This document shows positions 18,697-26,033 of a DNA stretch of 50,241 nt, in pieces. This DNA is from a bacterium. GTDB taxonomy: Bacteria > Patescibacteriota > Minisyncoccia > Sungbacterales > HO2-52-23. Position 1 is the first letter of the stretch, and every line of letters starts with the position of its first letter. The position numbers were made by a program, and so were the translations under genes. The stretch is from assembly GCA_030697705.1 (NCBI GenBank), contig JAUYPE010000018.1, positions 1 through 50,241 on the forward strand. The letters run 5' to 3'. A model generated the notes under the pieces. The model searched no databases. It had not been told where the DNA came from and saw only the letters and a program-made list of their open reading frames with translations.

Positions 18697-18717
18697 ACAT
18701 TACTCCCTCACATCATC

Positions 18718-20427
18718 ATGGCGCATCACTTGGAAAATATATTCGTCTCGCGCGGACACTCCCTCAAGGAGGTGCTTGCGATCATGGCGGTGAATAAAAA
18801 AGATTCGAGCATTCCGCCCGGTATCGCGCTGGTGGTTGAGAATGATAAAAAACTGTGTGGCATTATCACGAACGGCGATATCCGGCGGGCGTTTGCGGCG
18901 GGTATGGCGGTGACGGATCCGGTGTCGCGGGTGATGAATCCGGCGCCGTCGGTCATCGTTCGTCCGGACGGGGGCGAGATTCTGCCGCGCGTTATTGCGG
19001 AAATAAAATCAGGCCGCTGGCCCAAAGATCGGCTGGAAAAAATCATTATCACCGATCCCAAGGGTCATGTGCTGGATCTGGTGTCTTTTTATGATCTTGT
19101 CCAAAAAAGCGATACGCGCTTCAAGCATATCGGTGTGGTGGGACTCGGGTATGTCGGGCTGACGCTCGGGATCACGCTTGCTGATCTCGGTTTTATGGTG
19201 AAGGGATATGAGATTAATAAAGAGGTCGCCGAGGCGATTCGGTGCGGCAAGCCGCATTTTTATGAGGCGGGACTGGATCGGCTTCTGTCCGACCATTTGG
19301 GGAAAAATTTTGTCGTGGCGTCAGATTTTTCCAAAGAAAACAATTGCGATGTTTATTTTATCGCCGTGGGCACGCCGTTGGACGGCAATCATATTCCCAA
19401 CCTCGGACACCTTGAGGCGGCGGCGCGCCGTGTCGGTGCCGTTCTGAAATATGGCGATGCGGTGGTGCTCCGCTCAACCGTGCCGCTCGGTACGACGCGC
19501 GAAGTCGTTCTCCCCATTTTGGAAAAAGAATCGGGTTTGACGGCGGGGGAGGGATTCTTGCTTGCTTTCGCTCCGGAGCGGACGATTGAGGGCCGCGCGC
19601 TGGAGGAGCTCCGCGTACTACCCCAGGTTATCGGGGGAATTAATCACGCCTCCAGCGATCTGGTCGCCAGCATTTTTAATGTACTGTCGCACTCCACGGT
19701 TATCGTCGAGTCGCTTGAGGCGGCCGAGATGGTGAAGCTGGTGAACAATACCTATCGCGATGTTTCTTTCGGTTTTGCCAATGAGGTTTCGCTCGTGGCG
19801 CATGCGTGGGGTATTGATGCCAAGGAGGTTATTGATGCCGCAAATTACGGCTATGAGCGAAGCCGTGTGCCGAGTCCCAGTCCCGGCGTGGGCGGGTATT
19901 GTCTTGAGAAGGATCCTTATATTTTTATAGAAAGCGCGCGAAAACGCGGGTATGCCCTCCGCATGCCGGCCGATGCACGCGCAGTGAGCACTTTAATGGT
20001 AGAACGGGTTGCCATAACCATTGCTGATTTTTTGCAGGATAATAAAAAAGGTGCGAATGCCAAAATCGCTATCCTCGGTTTCGCATTTAAAGGTCGGCCG
20101 GTTACCTCCGACGTACGCGGCTCTACGACGCTCGGCGTGCTGGAGCATATCCGCGCGGCGGGTTTTAAAAACATCAATGGTTTTGATCCGGCGGTGCGAC
20201 CCGAAGATATCAAGGCGACCGGTGTGAAGCTCGCGCATTCCGCGACCGATGCCTTCCGCAATGCGGATGTGGTGCTCGTCATGACGGACCACCCTGATTT
20301 TCAAGCACTGCCCGTGCGCGATCTGCTCGCCACAACCAAAAAACCATCATTGCTTTTTGATACATGGTCGCTCTACCATCCCGATGAGGTAAAGAAAGTA
20401 AAGGGAGTGGTGTACCGGCGACTGTAA
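18718..20427 (+). CDS. NDP-sugar (UDP-HexNAc-type) dehydrogenase fused to N-terminal CBS domains
   Basis: N-terminal LCGIITNGDIRR...VMN CBS motif, then GLGYVG, IAVGTP, LRSTVP, APER, KLVNN, GVGGYCLEKD, LGFAFK..DVRGS. Confidence 0.85.
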   Translation: MAHHLENIFVSRGHSLKEVLAIMAVNKKDSSIPPGIALVVENDKKLCGIITNGDIRRAFAAGMAVTDPVSRVMNPAPSVIVRPDGGEILPRVIAEIKSGRWPKDRLEKIIITDPKGHVLDLVSFYDLVQKSDTRFKHIGVVGLGYVGLTLGITLADLGFMVKGYEINKEVAEAIRCGKPHFYEAGLDRLLSDHLGKNFVVASDFSKENNCDVYFIAVGTPLDGNHIPNLGHLEAAARRVGAVLKYGDAVVLRSTVPLGTTREVVLPILEKESGLTAGEGFLLAFAPERTIEGRALEELRVLPQVIGGINHASSDLVASIFNVLSHSTVIVESLEAAEMVKLVNNTYRDVSFGFANEVSLVAHAWGIDAKEVIDAANYGYERSRVPSPSPGVGGYCLEKDPYIFIESARKRGYALRMPADARAVSTLMVERVAITIADFLQDNKKGANAKIAILGFAFKGRPVTSDVRGSTTLGVLEHIRAAGFKNINGFDPAVRPEDIKATGVKLAHSATDAFRNADVVLVMTDHPDFQALPVRDLLATTKKPSLLFDTWSLYHPDEVKKVKGVVYRRL

Positions 20428-20432
20428 GTAAC

Positions 20433-21149
20433 ATGTATAATCATCTCACCATTCTCGCTCTCATTCCCGCGCGCGGCGGGTCAAAGGGAATACCGAAAAA
20501 AAATATCAAACCGCTTGCGGGGCGGCCGCTCATCGCGCACAGTATTGTGGTGGCATTGGCATCGCGCGTGATTGACCGCACCATTGTCTCCACCGACAGC
20601 GAGGAGATTGTCGCGGTGGCGCGCGAGTGGGGCGCGGAGGTGCCTTTTATTCGACCGGCGGAGCTTGCCGAGGATCTCACGCCCGACATGCCGGTGTTTG
20701 AGCATTGTCTCTGGTGGCTCAAAGAAAACGAAGGATACGAACCTGATGTAATCGTGCATCTCCGCCCCACGGGGCCGTTACGCACCGCGGAGGAGATCGA
20801 TGAGGCGATTGAGTTGCTTGCCGCGTGTCCCGATGCAGACAGTATCCGTTCGGTGGAGCCGCCGCCGAAATCCCCCTATAAAATGTGGATGCCGGACGGG
20901 AAGTATATCAGGCCGTTTACCGAGATCGCGGGGCTTAAAGATGCCCACACGATGCCGCGCCAAATACTCCCTAAAGTATATCAGACGACGGCGGATATCG
21001 GCGTTCTGCGCCGCACGACGGTAACGGAAAAAAAGTCCGTCATCGGCGACCGCGTTTTGCCCTATGTTTTGCGCCGTCCGACGGTTGACATTGATACGCC
21101 TTTTGACTTTGTCGTCGCCGAGCTCCTTCTTGCACAAGAACATTCTTAA
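20433..21149 (+). CDS. neuA: CMP-nonulosonate synthetase (acylneuraminate cytidylyltransferase), copy 1
   Basis: IPARGGSKGIPKKN, VSTD, RPAELA.D, LRPTGPLR, PRQ, DIDT. Confidence 0.9.
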   Translation: MYNHLTILALIPARGGSKGIPKKNIKPLAGRPLIAHSIVVALASRVIDRTIVSTDSEEIVAVAREWGAEVPFIRPAELAEDLTPDMPVFEHCLWWLKENEGYEPDVIVHLRPTGPLRTAEEIDEAIELLAACPDADSIRSVEPPPKSPYKMWMPDGKYIRPFTEIAGLKDAHTMPRQILPKVYQTTADIGVLRRTTVTEKKSVIGDRVLPYVLRRPTVDIDTPFDFVVAELLLAQEHS

Positions 21150-21168
21150 AACTTAATGAGCTTTTTTC

Positions 21169-21351
21169 ATGGGTAGGGAAAAATTTATTTTGGTGCAGAG
21201 CGGTACGAATCAGATTGATCTGCTGCTCGCCAAAGGCAAGCTTGAGGAGGCGAATATTTCCGTGCGCGTAGCGTCCGACGCGGTGCAGTGGAAAATTCAT
21301 GTCGCCGCCGCTGATGTGCTGGAGGCGAAGCGCTTGATGAAGAAAACATGA
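21169..21351 (+). CDS. Small DUF2007-like protein
   Basis: LLAKGKLEEANI...IHV...DVLEAKRLM pattern; ATGA-coupled to the next gene. Confidence 0.5.
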   Translation: MGREKFILVQSGTNQIDLLLAKGKLEEANISVRVASDAVQWKIHVAAADVLEAKRLMKKT

Positions 21352-22505
21352 GAACGCCTATACTCGTTACCAACTTCGCCTACGGGACGGGGCCGTATTT
21401 GCGGACGACCGATTTAGCAGTTGCGTTGAATAACGAGCTTGAAAAATCCGGACGCGAGCGGTGCCGTATTCTTGTGCCGTGGGTGTATGGCGACCGCCAA
21501 AAAACCGTGATGCTTGAGGAATTTGCCGCGCATAACGAAAAATATCCGAATGAGATTTTACTTGATTCTGCATTAGGCGGACTTCTGCACAGTATTTTTT
21601 ATACCGGTACGCGAAGCTATGAAGACGCGCTCTGGCAGTGGGTCGCTACCTATCGTGATGTCTCGCAGGCGGCTCATGATTATCTTTCCGGTACACTCAA
21701 GGTCGAGACGCTTCATGGAGAGCGGATAAAGCTTAGCGGTAAAGATATTATTGCCGAACTTTCGCGTTCGCCGCGCATTCGCTATGATATCGCTCCCTCG
21801 TACTTCACTTCATTCGCCTATGTCGGGGAGATTCTTGAACGGGCGCAGGAAGAAGAAGGGATCGCAGTTGATCGCGCATTATTACAAAAAGGCGCAGAGG
21901 CGGCACATTGGGTGGAGAGTAATCATCGCTTTCACTGCATCGCCTGGCCGGCGACATTTGCGTATCTGGGAGATGAACGACATCAGCGTTATCCCACTGA
22001 AATTATCGTCCCGCCCATCGCTCCACCGCCGATTGCCAATGATGAGGAACTTGAGCCGGGGATTTTTGTGACGATTACCGGCATTCCCGGGCTTGAGCGG
22101 CTGTACGCCGATGCCGCGCGACTGGGACTGAAACTTTACAGTAACAACACTGACGTGGTGTCCGGGAGCGTCCATCTGTCTCCACATGTCATTCCGAACA
22201 AAAACATCTCATTCCAATTTGCCCGCGCGGGGTGGAGTTCCATTTGGTTGTCAATGATCAGCGGGACGCCGTTGGTTGTACCCGACTTTGACCTACACGA
22301 TGACCCGGAGATATTTTTCAATAACCGCTCGGTTGAAAAACTGGGACTCGGCATGATCTACCGCGGCGAGTCGCTTGAGGAGATTCTTAAACGTTCCGAC
22401 GATCTCAAAAAATCCATGGCGCGCATGAAGGACGAAGTGCTCCACCGCTTCGGCACATTTGACGGCAATCGCGCCTGCGCTGAATTGTTTGCGAAAGATT
22501 TTTAA
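21348..22505 (+). CDS. Hypothetical protein, probable GT-B fold (GT28/PseG-like)
   Basis: N-terminal VTNFAYGTGPYLR; C-terminal FARAGWSS...GTPLVVP...E..NN..VEKLGLG resembles the MurG/PseG C-domain. Confidence 0.5.
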   Translation: MRTPILVTNFAYGTGPYLRTTDLAVALNNELEKSGRERCRILVPWVYGDRQKTVMLEEFAAHNEKYPNEILLDSALGGLLHSIFYTGTRSYEDALWQWVATYRDVSQAAHDYLSGTLKVETLHGERIKLSGKDIIAELSRSPRIRYDIAPSYFTSFAYVGEILERAQEEEGIAVDRALLQKGAEAAHWVESNHRFHCIAWPATFAYLGDERHQRYPTEIIVPPIAPPPIANDEELEPGIFVTITGIPGLERLYADAARLGLKLYSNNTDVVSGSVHLSPHVIPNKNISFQFARAGWSSIWLSMISGTPLVVPDFDLHDDPEIFFNNRSVEKLGLGMIYRGESLEEILKRSDDLKKSMARMKDEVLHRFGTFDGNRACAELFAKDF

Positions 22506-22547
22506 GAAATTAAAAACGATGGCGCATGCCATCGTTTTTAATTTCTT
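22504..22547. terminator. Bidirectional intrinsic terminator
   Basis: Perfect 20-bp inverted repeat AAGAAATTAAAAACGATGGC-gcat-GCCATCGTTTTTAATTTCTT between convergent genes. Confidence 0.85.
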
Positions 22548-22570
22548 GTCTTCAATTTCCTGCCATTCTG

Positions 22571-23776
22571 CTACTGTACTGCTTTTGCGGCGTTGACGCG
22601 TCCCCAGCCGTAGGTCGTGTCTTTGCCAAACGCGCCGAGGTCTTTGGCGGTGCTAAAAAGCTTGGTCTGAATTTGCGCGGTTGTCAGAGAGCTGTGAGCG
22701 GACTTCATAAGTGCGATGACGCCACTGACCATGGGCGTTGCCATACTTGTGCCGTTCCATGATGCGTAGCCGCTTCCCAGAACGGTTGAGTAAATACCGA
22801 CACCGGGTGCGGTAATGTCGAGCGTCTTGCCCCTGCCGGAAAAACTGGCAATCTTGTCTCTACTGTCAACTGCGCCGACAGTTGTGGAGTAGCTGATACA
22901 TCCCGGGAGAGAAACGCCCGCTCCGCCGCTGTTGCCTGCCGCGACCACGACCGTGATATTATGCTGGGTTGCATATTTGACGGCGTTGGTAAGATCGGGC
23001 AGGACGCCGTCGCACGATCCTTTGTAGGTATACGGTGCGGCGGTGCCTAAGCTCAAACTGATCGCATCCGCGCCGAAGTCGTCCACTGTGTCGTAGACGC
23101 CGTCTTGACCATTAACCGCCCAGTAAATTGCGGCGACGACATCGCTGAAGTAGCCACTGCCGTTCAGATCCAGTACCTTTCCCGCGATAACGCTGGCGCT
23201 CGGCGCTACGCCTTTCGCATTCGGATCAATGCCGTCGGCGGTGATGATGCCGGCGACATGACTGCCGTGGCCGTTGTCGTCCGCCGGATCCGCGTCGTTA
23301 TTGACGAAATCTTTTCCGCCAAGATAGCTAGAGATCAGCTCCGGGTGAGCGTAATTATAGCCAGTATCCAAAACGACGATCTTTCTTCCGACACCCGTAT
23401 TGCCGGATGCTTGCACAACGGACGCACCGATTTGCTGGTTGGCGCTGGCGCTCGCTGTGCCAATACGGAGACGACCTGCGGTTGCGCGAACCTCCCCTTC
23501 TTTCTCATCGTCCAGAGCAAAAACACGCACATCATCCGCGAGCGAGAGTGATGCCGCCGCCTCATCCGGACAGTAGAGTGCTTTGATGGTTTGCGTCTCT
23601 CGTACAATCGTGCAACCGCGCGCCAGAGCTCCATCAACCTCCTTTTGGGTGTGGGCGATAACGCGCCGGTGTCCGCCGGTTTTTTCCGGACTCTTCCTCG
23701 CCTGCGCGGTATTAAAGAGAAAAAATGCGAGCACGAGCATGCCCAATCCCGCAAGGTACTTCTTGGCGTGAATCAT
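22571..23776 (-). CDS. Secreted subtilisin-like serine protease (S8)
   Basis: Signal peptide, propeptide, catalytic VLDTG / HGSHVAG / GTSMATP and oxyanion AAGN. Confidence 0.95.
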   Translation of the reverse strand: MIHAKKYLAGLGMLVLAFFLFNTAQARKSPEKTGGHRRVIAHTQKEVDGALARGCTIVRETQTIKALYCPDEAAASLSLADDVRVFALDDEKEGEVRATAGRLRIGTASASANQQIGASVVQASGNTGVGRKIVVLDTGYNYAHPELISSYLGGKDFVNNDADPADDNGHGSHVAGIITADGIDPNAKGVAPSASVIAGKVLDLNGSGYFSDVVAAIYWAVNGQDGVYDTVDDFGADAISLSLGTAAPYTYKGSCDGVLPDLTNAVKYATQHNITVVVAAGNSGGAGVSLPGCISYSTTVGAVDSRDKIASFSGRGKTLDITAPGVGIYSTVLGSGYASWNGTSMATPMVSGVIALMKSAHSSLTTAQIQTKLFSTAKDLGAFGKDTTYGWGRVNAAKAVQ

Positions 23777-23826
23777 AGAGGTAGAAAAAATAATAAATAA
23801 TAATAACGCAACCCTTTATTTCTCCC

Positions 23827-23855
23827 AGTGTAGATTTTTTGCCGATACTCCGCAA
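23827..23855 (-). promoter_or_regulatory. sigma70-type promoter for the subtilase
   Basis: Minus strand TTGCGG-17 nt-TACACT. Confidence 0.5.
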
Positions 23856-23984
23856 GGGTGTGCAGAGTATCATGCAGAGCCACCGGCGCGATTTCTCTAG
23901 CGTGCCGAACCGCTCTAGTGGCCGATTCCGAGCGCTGGTTTTTTTATAAGAGATTAAACTTTACTAAAAGTCAACGAATGGCAC

Positions 23985-23993
23985 TTATCCACA
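23985..23993 (+). promoter_or_regulatory. DnaA-box consensus
   Basis: TTATCCACA exact match. Confidence 0.4.
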
Positions 23994-24001
23994 GTATTTT
24001 T

Positions 24002-24030
24002 TTGCTCCATATGTGGTGTAGTGTTATTCT
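24002..24030 (+). promoter_or_regulatory. sigma70-type promoter upstream of the tRNA
   Basis: TTGCTC-17 nt-TATTCT with TG extension. Confidence 0.55.
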
Positions 24031-24101
24031 ACAAACGGCCACCTATAAGCAAGGTGGTTTTTGATTAAAGCAAAAACAGACGATTATTCGTCTGTTCCTG
24101 C

Positions 24102-24175
24102 GGGCCCGTAGTGTTTAACGGTTAGCACGCCTTCCTTCTAAGATCGAAGTGCCAGTTCAACTCTGGTCGGGTCCA
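24102..24175 (+). tRNA. tRNA-Arg(UCU), atypical or possibly pseudo
   Basis: Acceptor GGGCCCG/CGGGTCC+A; D stem GTGT/GCAC; loop CT-TCT-AA; T arm GCCAG-TTCAACT-CTGGT; anticodon stem CCTTC/GATCG has two mismatches; CCA not encoded. Confidence 0.75.
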
Positions 24176-24177
24176 TT

Positions 24178-24207
24178 CACAGAAGTCGCCTTTCGGCGGC
24201 TTTTGTG
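24178..24207 (+). terminator. Intrinsic terminator after the tRNA
   Basis: CACAGAAGTCGCC-tttc-GGCGGCTTTTGTG. Confidence 0.7.
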
Positions 24208-24275
24208 TTGATGATGCCATGTGGAGACATCTATCAACACCGTAGCATAGCGAGCCGCTCGCTGTCTCTAAAATG

Positions 24276-24284
24276 TTATCCACA
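24276..24284 (+). promoter_or_regulatory. DnaA-box consensus
   Basis: TTATCCACA exact match, followed by an inverted GGATAA. Confidence 0.4.
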
Positions 24285-24393
24285 GGGGATAATGAGATTA
24301 GAGAACTTGTAGATTCGTAGGGCAATTCGCGTATAGTGTCAATAGCCGATCCGTGCAACCTTATTGCCTGAAAAGCAGTTTTACTTAGCATCT

Positions 24394-25365
24394 ATGCCAA
24401 AAATCATTGTTGAGGTGTGCCAAAATCATAACGGGGACAAGGGAGTGCTGAAAGAGATGATCCATGCGGCGAAGGAGAATGGGGCGGATATCGTGAAGGG
24501 GCAGATCATCTTCTCGGATGACTTAACGCCGCGCGAGCGATTTGACGAAGGCGAAGAGGAGCATAATGGCGTGAAGAAGACGATCAAGCGGCCGTACGCG
24601 GTAGAATACGAGCGGATGAAGTCGCTTGATCTTGCGGAAGAGGATTATCATTTTTTTGTTGACGCCGCGAATCGCGCTGGCATCACACCCATGATGACGG
24701 TATTTTCGCGTAATCGCATCCCGTTTGTCGCGGGACTTCCGTGGCAGGGGGAAAAATTCGTCAAAGTGGCAAGCTACGACTGCGCGAGCACGCCGCTTGT
24801 GCGCGAGCTCGCTGGAAAATTTGATACACTCATCGTCTCTACCGGTGCGACATTTGATGATGAGATAAAGCAAACGGCGGAGCTATTAAAAGACCGTGCG
24901 CGACCGTTCGCGTTACTCCATTGTGTGACGAGCTATCCGAATTCGTTGCAAATGGCGAACCTTGCGCGCATGGAGTGGTTGCGGCAGTTTACGCCGCTGG
25001 TCGGCTGGTCGGATCATACGCTTGTTGCCCGCGACGGAATCAAAGCCGCCAAGACGGCACTCATGCTCGGGGCGGACTTTATTGAGCGGCATTTTACCGT
25101 CTTGCCGCCGGATAAAACAAGAGACGGCCCGGTGTCCATTAATCCTGTGCAGTTAAAAAAACTCGCGGCATTTGCCAAACTGGCAAAAGACGAGCAGAAG
25201 GAAATCATTGAGCGCGAAATTCCGGAGTGGCGCGTCATGGTGGGGCACCGCGAGCGCGAGATGACGCACACCGAGATGCTTAATCGCGACTACTACCGTG
25301 GTCGCTTCGCAAGTTTCGTCAACGGCGCGTGGGTGTATAATTGGGAAGAAAGTACTATTCTGTGA
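24394..25365 (+). CDS. neuB: Nonulosonic acid synthase (NeuB family), copy 1, with no recognisable SAF domain
   Basis: IIVEVCQNHNGD, GADIVKGQ, KVASYD, VSTG, LHCVTSYP, GWSDHT, IERHFT, RDGPVS. Confidence 0.85.
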   Translation: MPKIIVEVCQNHNGDKGVLKEMIHAAKENGADIVKGQIIFSDDLTPRERFDEGEEEHNGVKKTIKRPYAVEYERMKSLDLAEEDYHFFVDAANRAGITPMMTVFSRNRIPFVAGLPWQGEKFVKVASYDCASTPLVRELAGKFDTLIVSTGATFDDEIKQTAELLKDRARPFALLHCVTSYPNSLQMANLARMEWLRQFTPLVGWSDHTLVARDGIKAAKTALMLGADFIERHFTVLPPDKTRDGPVSINPVQLKKLAAFAKLAKDEQKEIIEREIPEWRVMVGHREREMTHTEMLNRDYYRGRFASFVNGAWVYNWEESTIL

Positions 25366-26033
25366 TCAAAGCAGTCATTTTTGATTTTGACGGGGTGCTC
25401 GTGGATTCCAACCGCTTCAAACGCGATGCGTGGTTTGAGGTGTTTCTCGAGAGTGAAGGAATCACGCGCGGGATGATTGAAGAGGTGCTCGGGCGGGTTA
25501 CGCAGACGCGCTATGATATTTTGCGCGAGATATTTCGCGTACGGGGAGGTGCGGCTGGCGGTGCGGATGCATTTGTTGAAAAATACGCAAAACGGTACGA
25601 CGAACTTGTCCAGAAAGGAATGGCGGGGGGCATACTCGTACCCGAGGCGCGCGGCGTGTTGGAGTTTCTCGCTCCCCGTTACCGGCTCTATATCAACTCC
25701 GCGACGCCGGAGGCGGCTTTGCAGGACTCGGTAAAAATGCTCGGTATTGTCGGTTATTTTGACGGTGTGTTCGGCTATCACGCGGCATATGGCGATGCGG
25801 TGACAGGCAAGTTGGAGAATGGAAAAAAAGTGCTGGCGCTTGAAAAAATAAGCGGCAAAGAAGCCGCGTTTGTCGGGGACGGCGAGGCCGACCGTGTCGC
25901 GGCCATGGAGCTCGGTTGTTTTTTTATCGGTATACCAAATAGCTTTAACGGATGGTGCGCAGGGGTATTTCCCTTGGCGCGTGATTTACGAGATGTCCGC
26001 GATGTGATTGAAGGGAAAAATCGCGAAAAATAA
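25362..26033 (+). CDS. HAD-superfamily phosphatase
   Basis: IFDFDGVLVDS, INS, K, FVGDGEAD; GTGA overlap with the neuB stop. Confidence 0.9.
   Translation: MIKAVIFDFDGVLVDSNRFKRDAWFEVFLESEGITRGMIEEVLGRVTQTRYDILREIFRVRGGAAGGADAFVEKYAKRYDELVQKGMAGGILVPEARGVLEFLAPRYRLYINSATPEAALQDSVKMLGIVGYFDGVFGYHAAYGDAVTGKLENGKKVLALEKISGKEAAFVGDGEADRVAAMELGCFFIGIPNSFNGWCAGVFPLARDLRDVRDVIEGKNREK

Noticed and set aside
24130-24150. Amber suppressor (CUA) reading of the tRNA
   Set aside because: Centring CTA gives no anticodon stem; spacing from the D and T arms places TCT at positions 34-36
24150-24175. tRNA 3' end as an integration site
   Set aside because: No duplicate of the 3' end was noticed in the window and no integrase is adjacent
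23985-24292. Replication origin
   Set aside because: Only two perfect DnaA boxes, no dnaA/dnaN, and no switch in gene orientation
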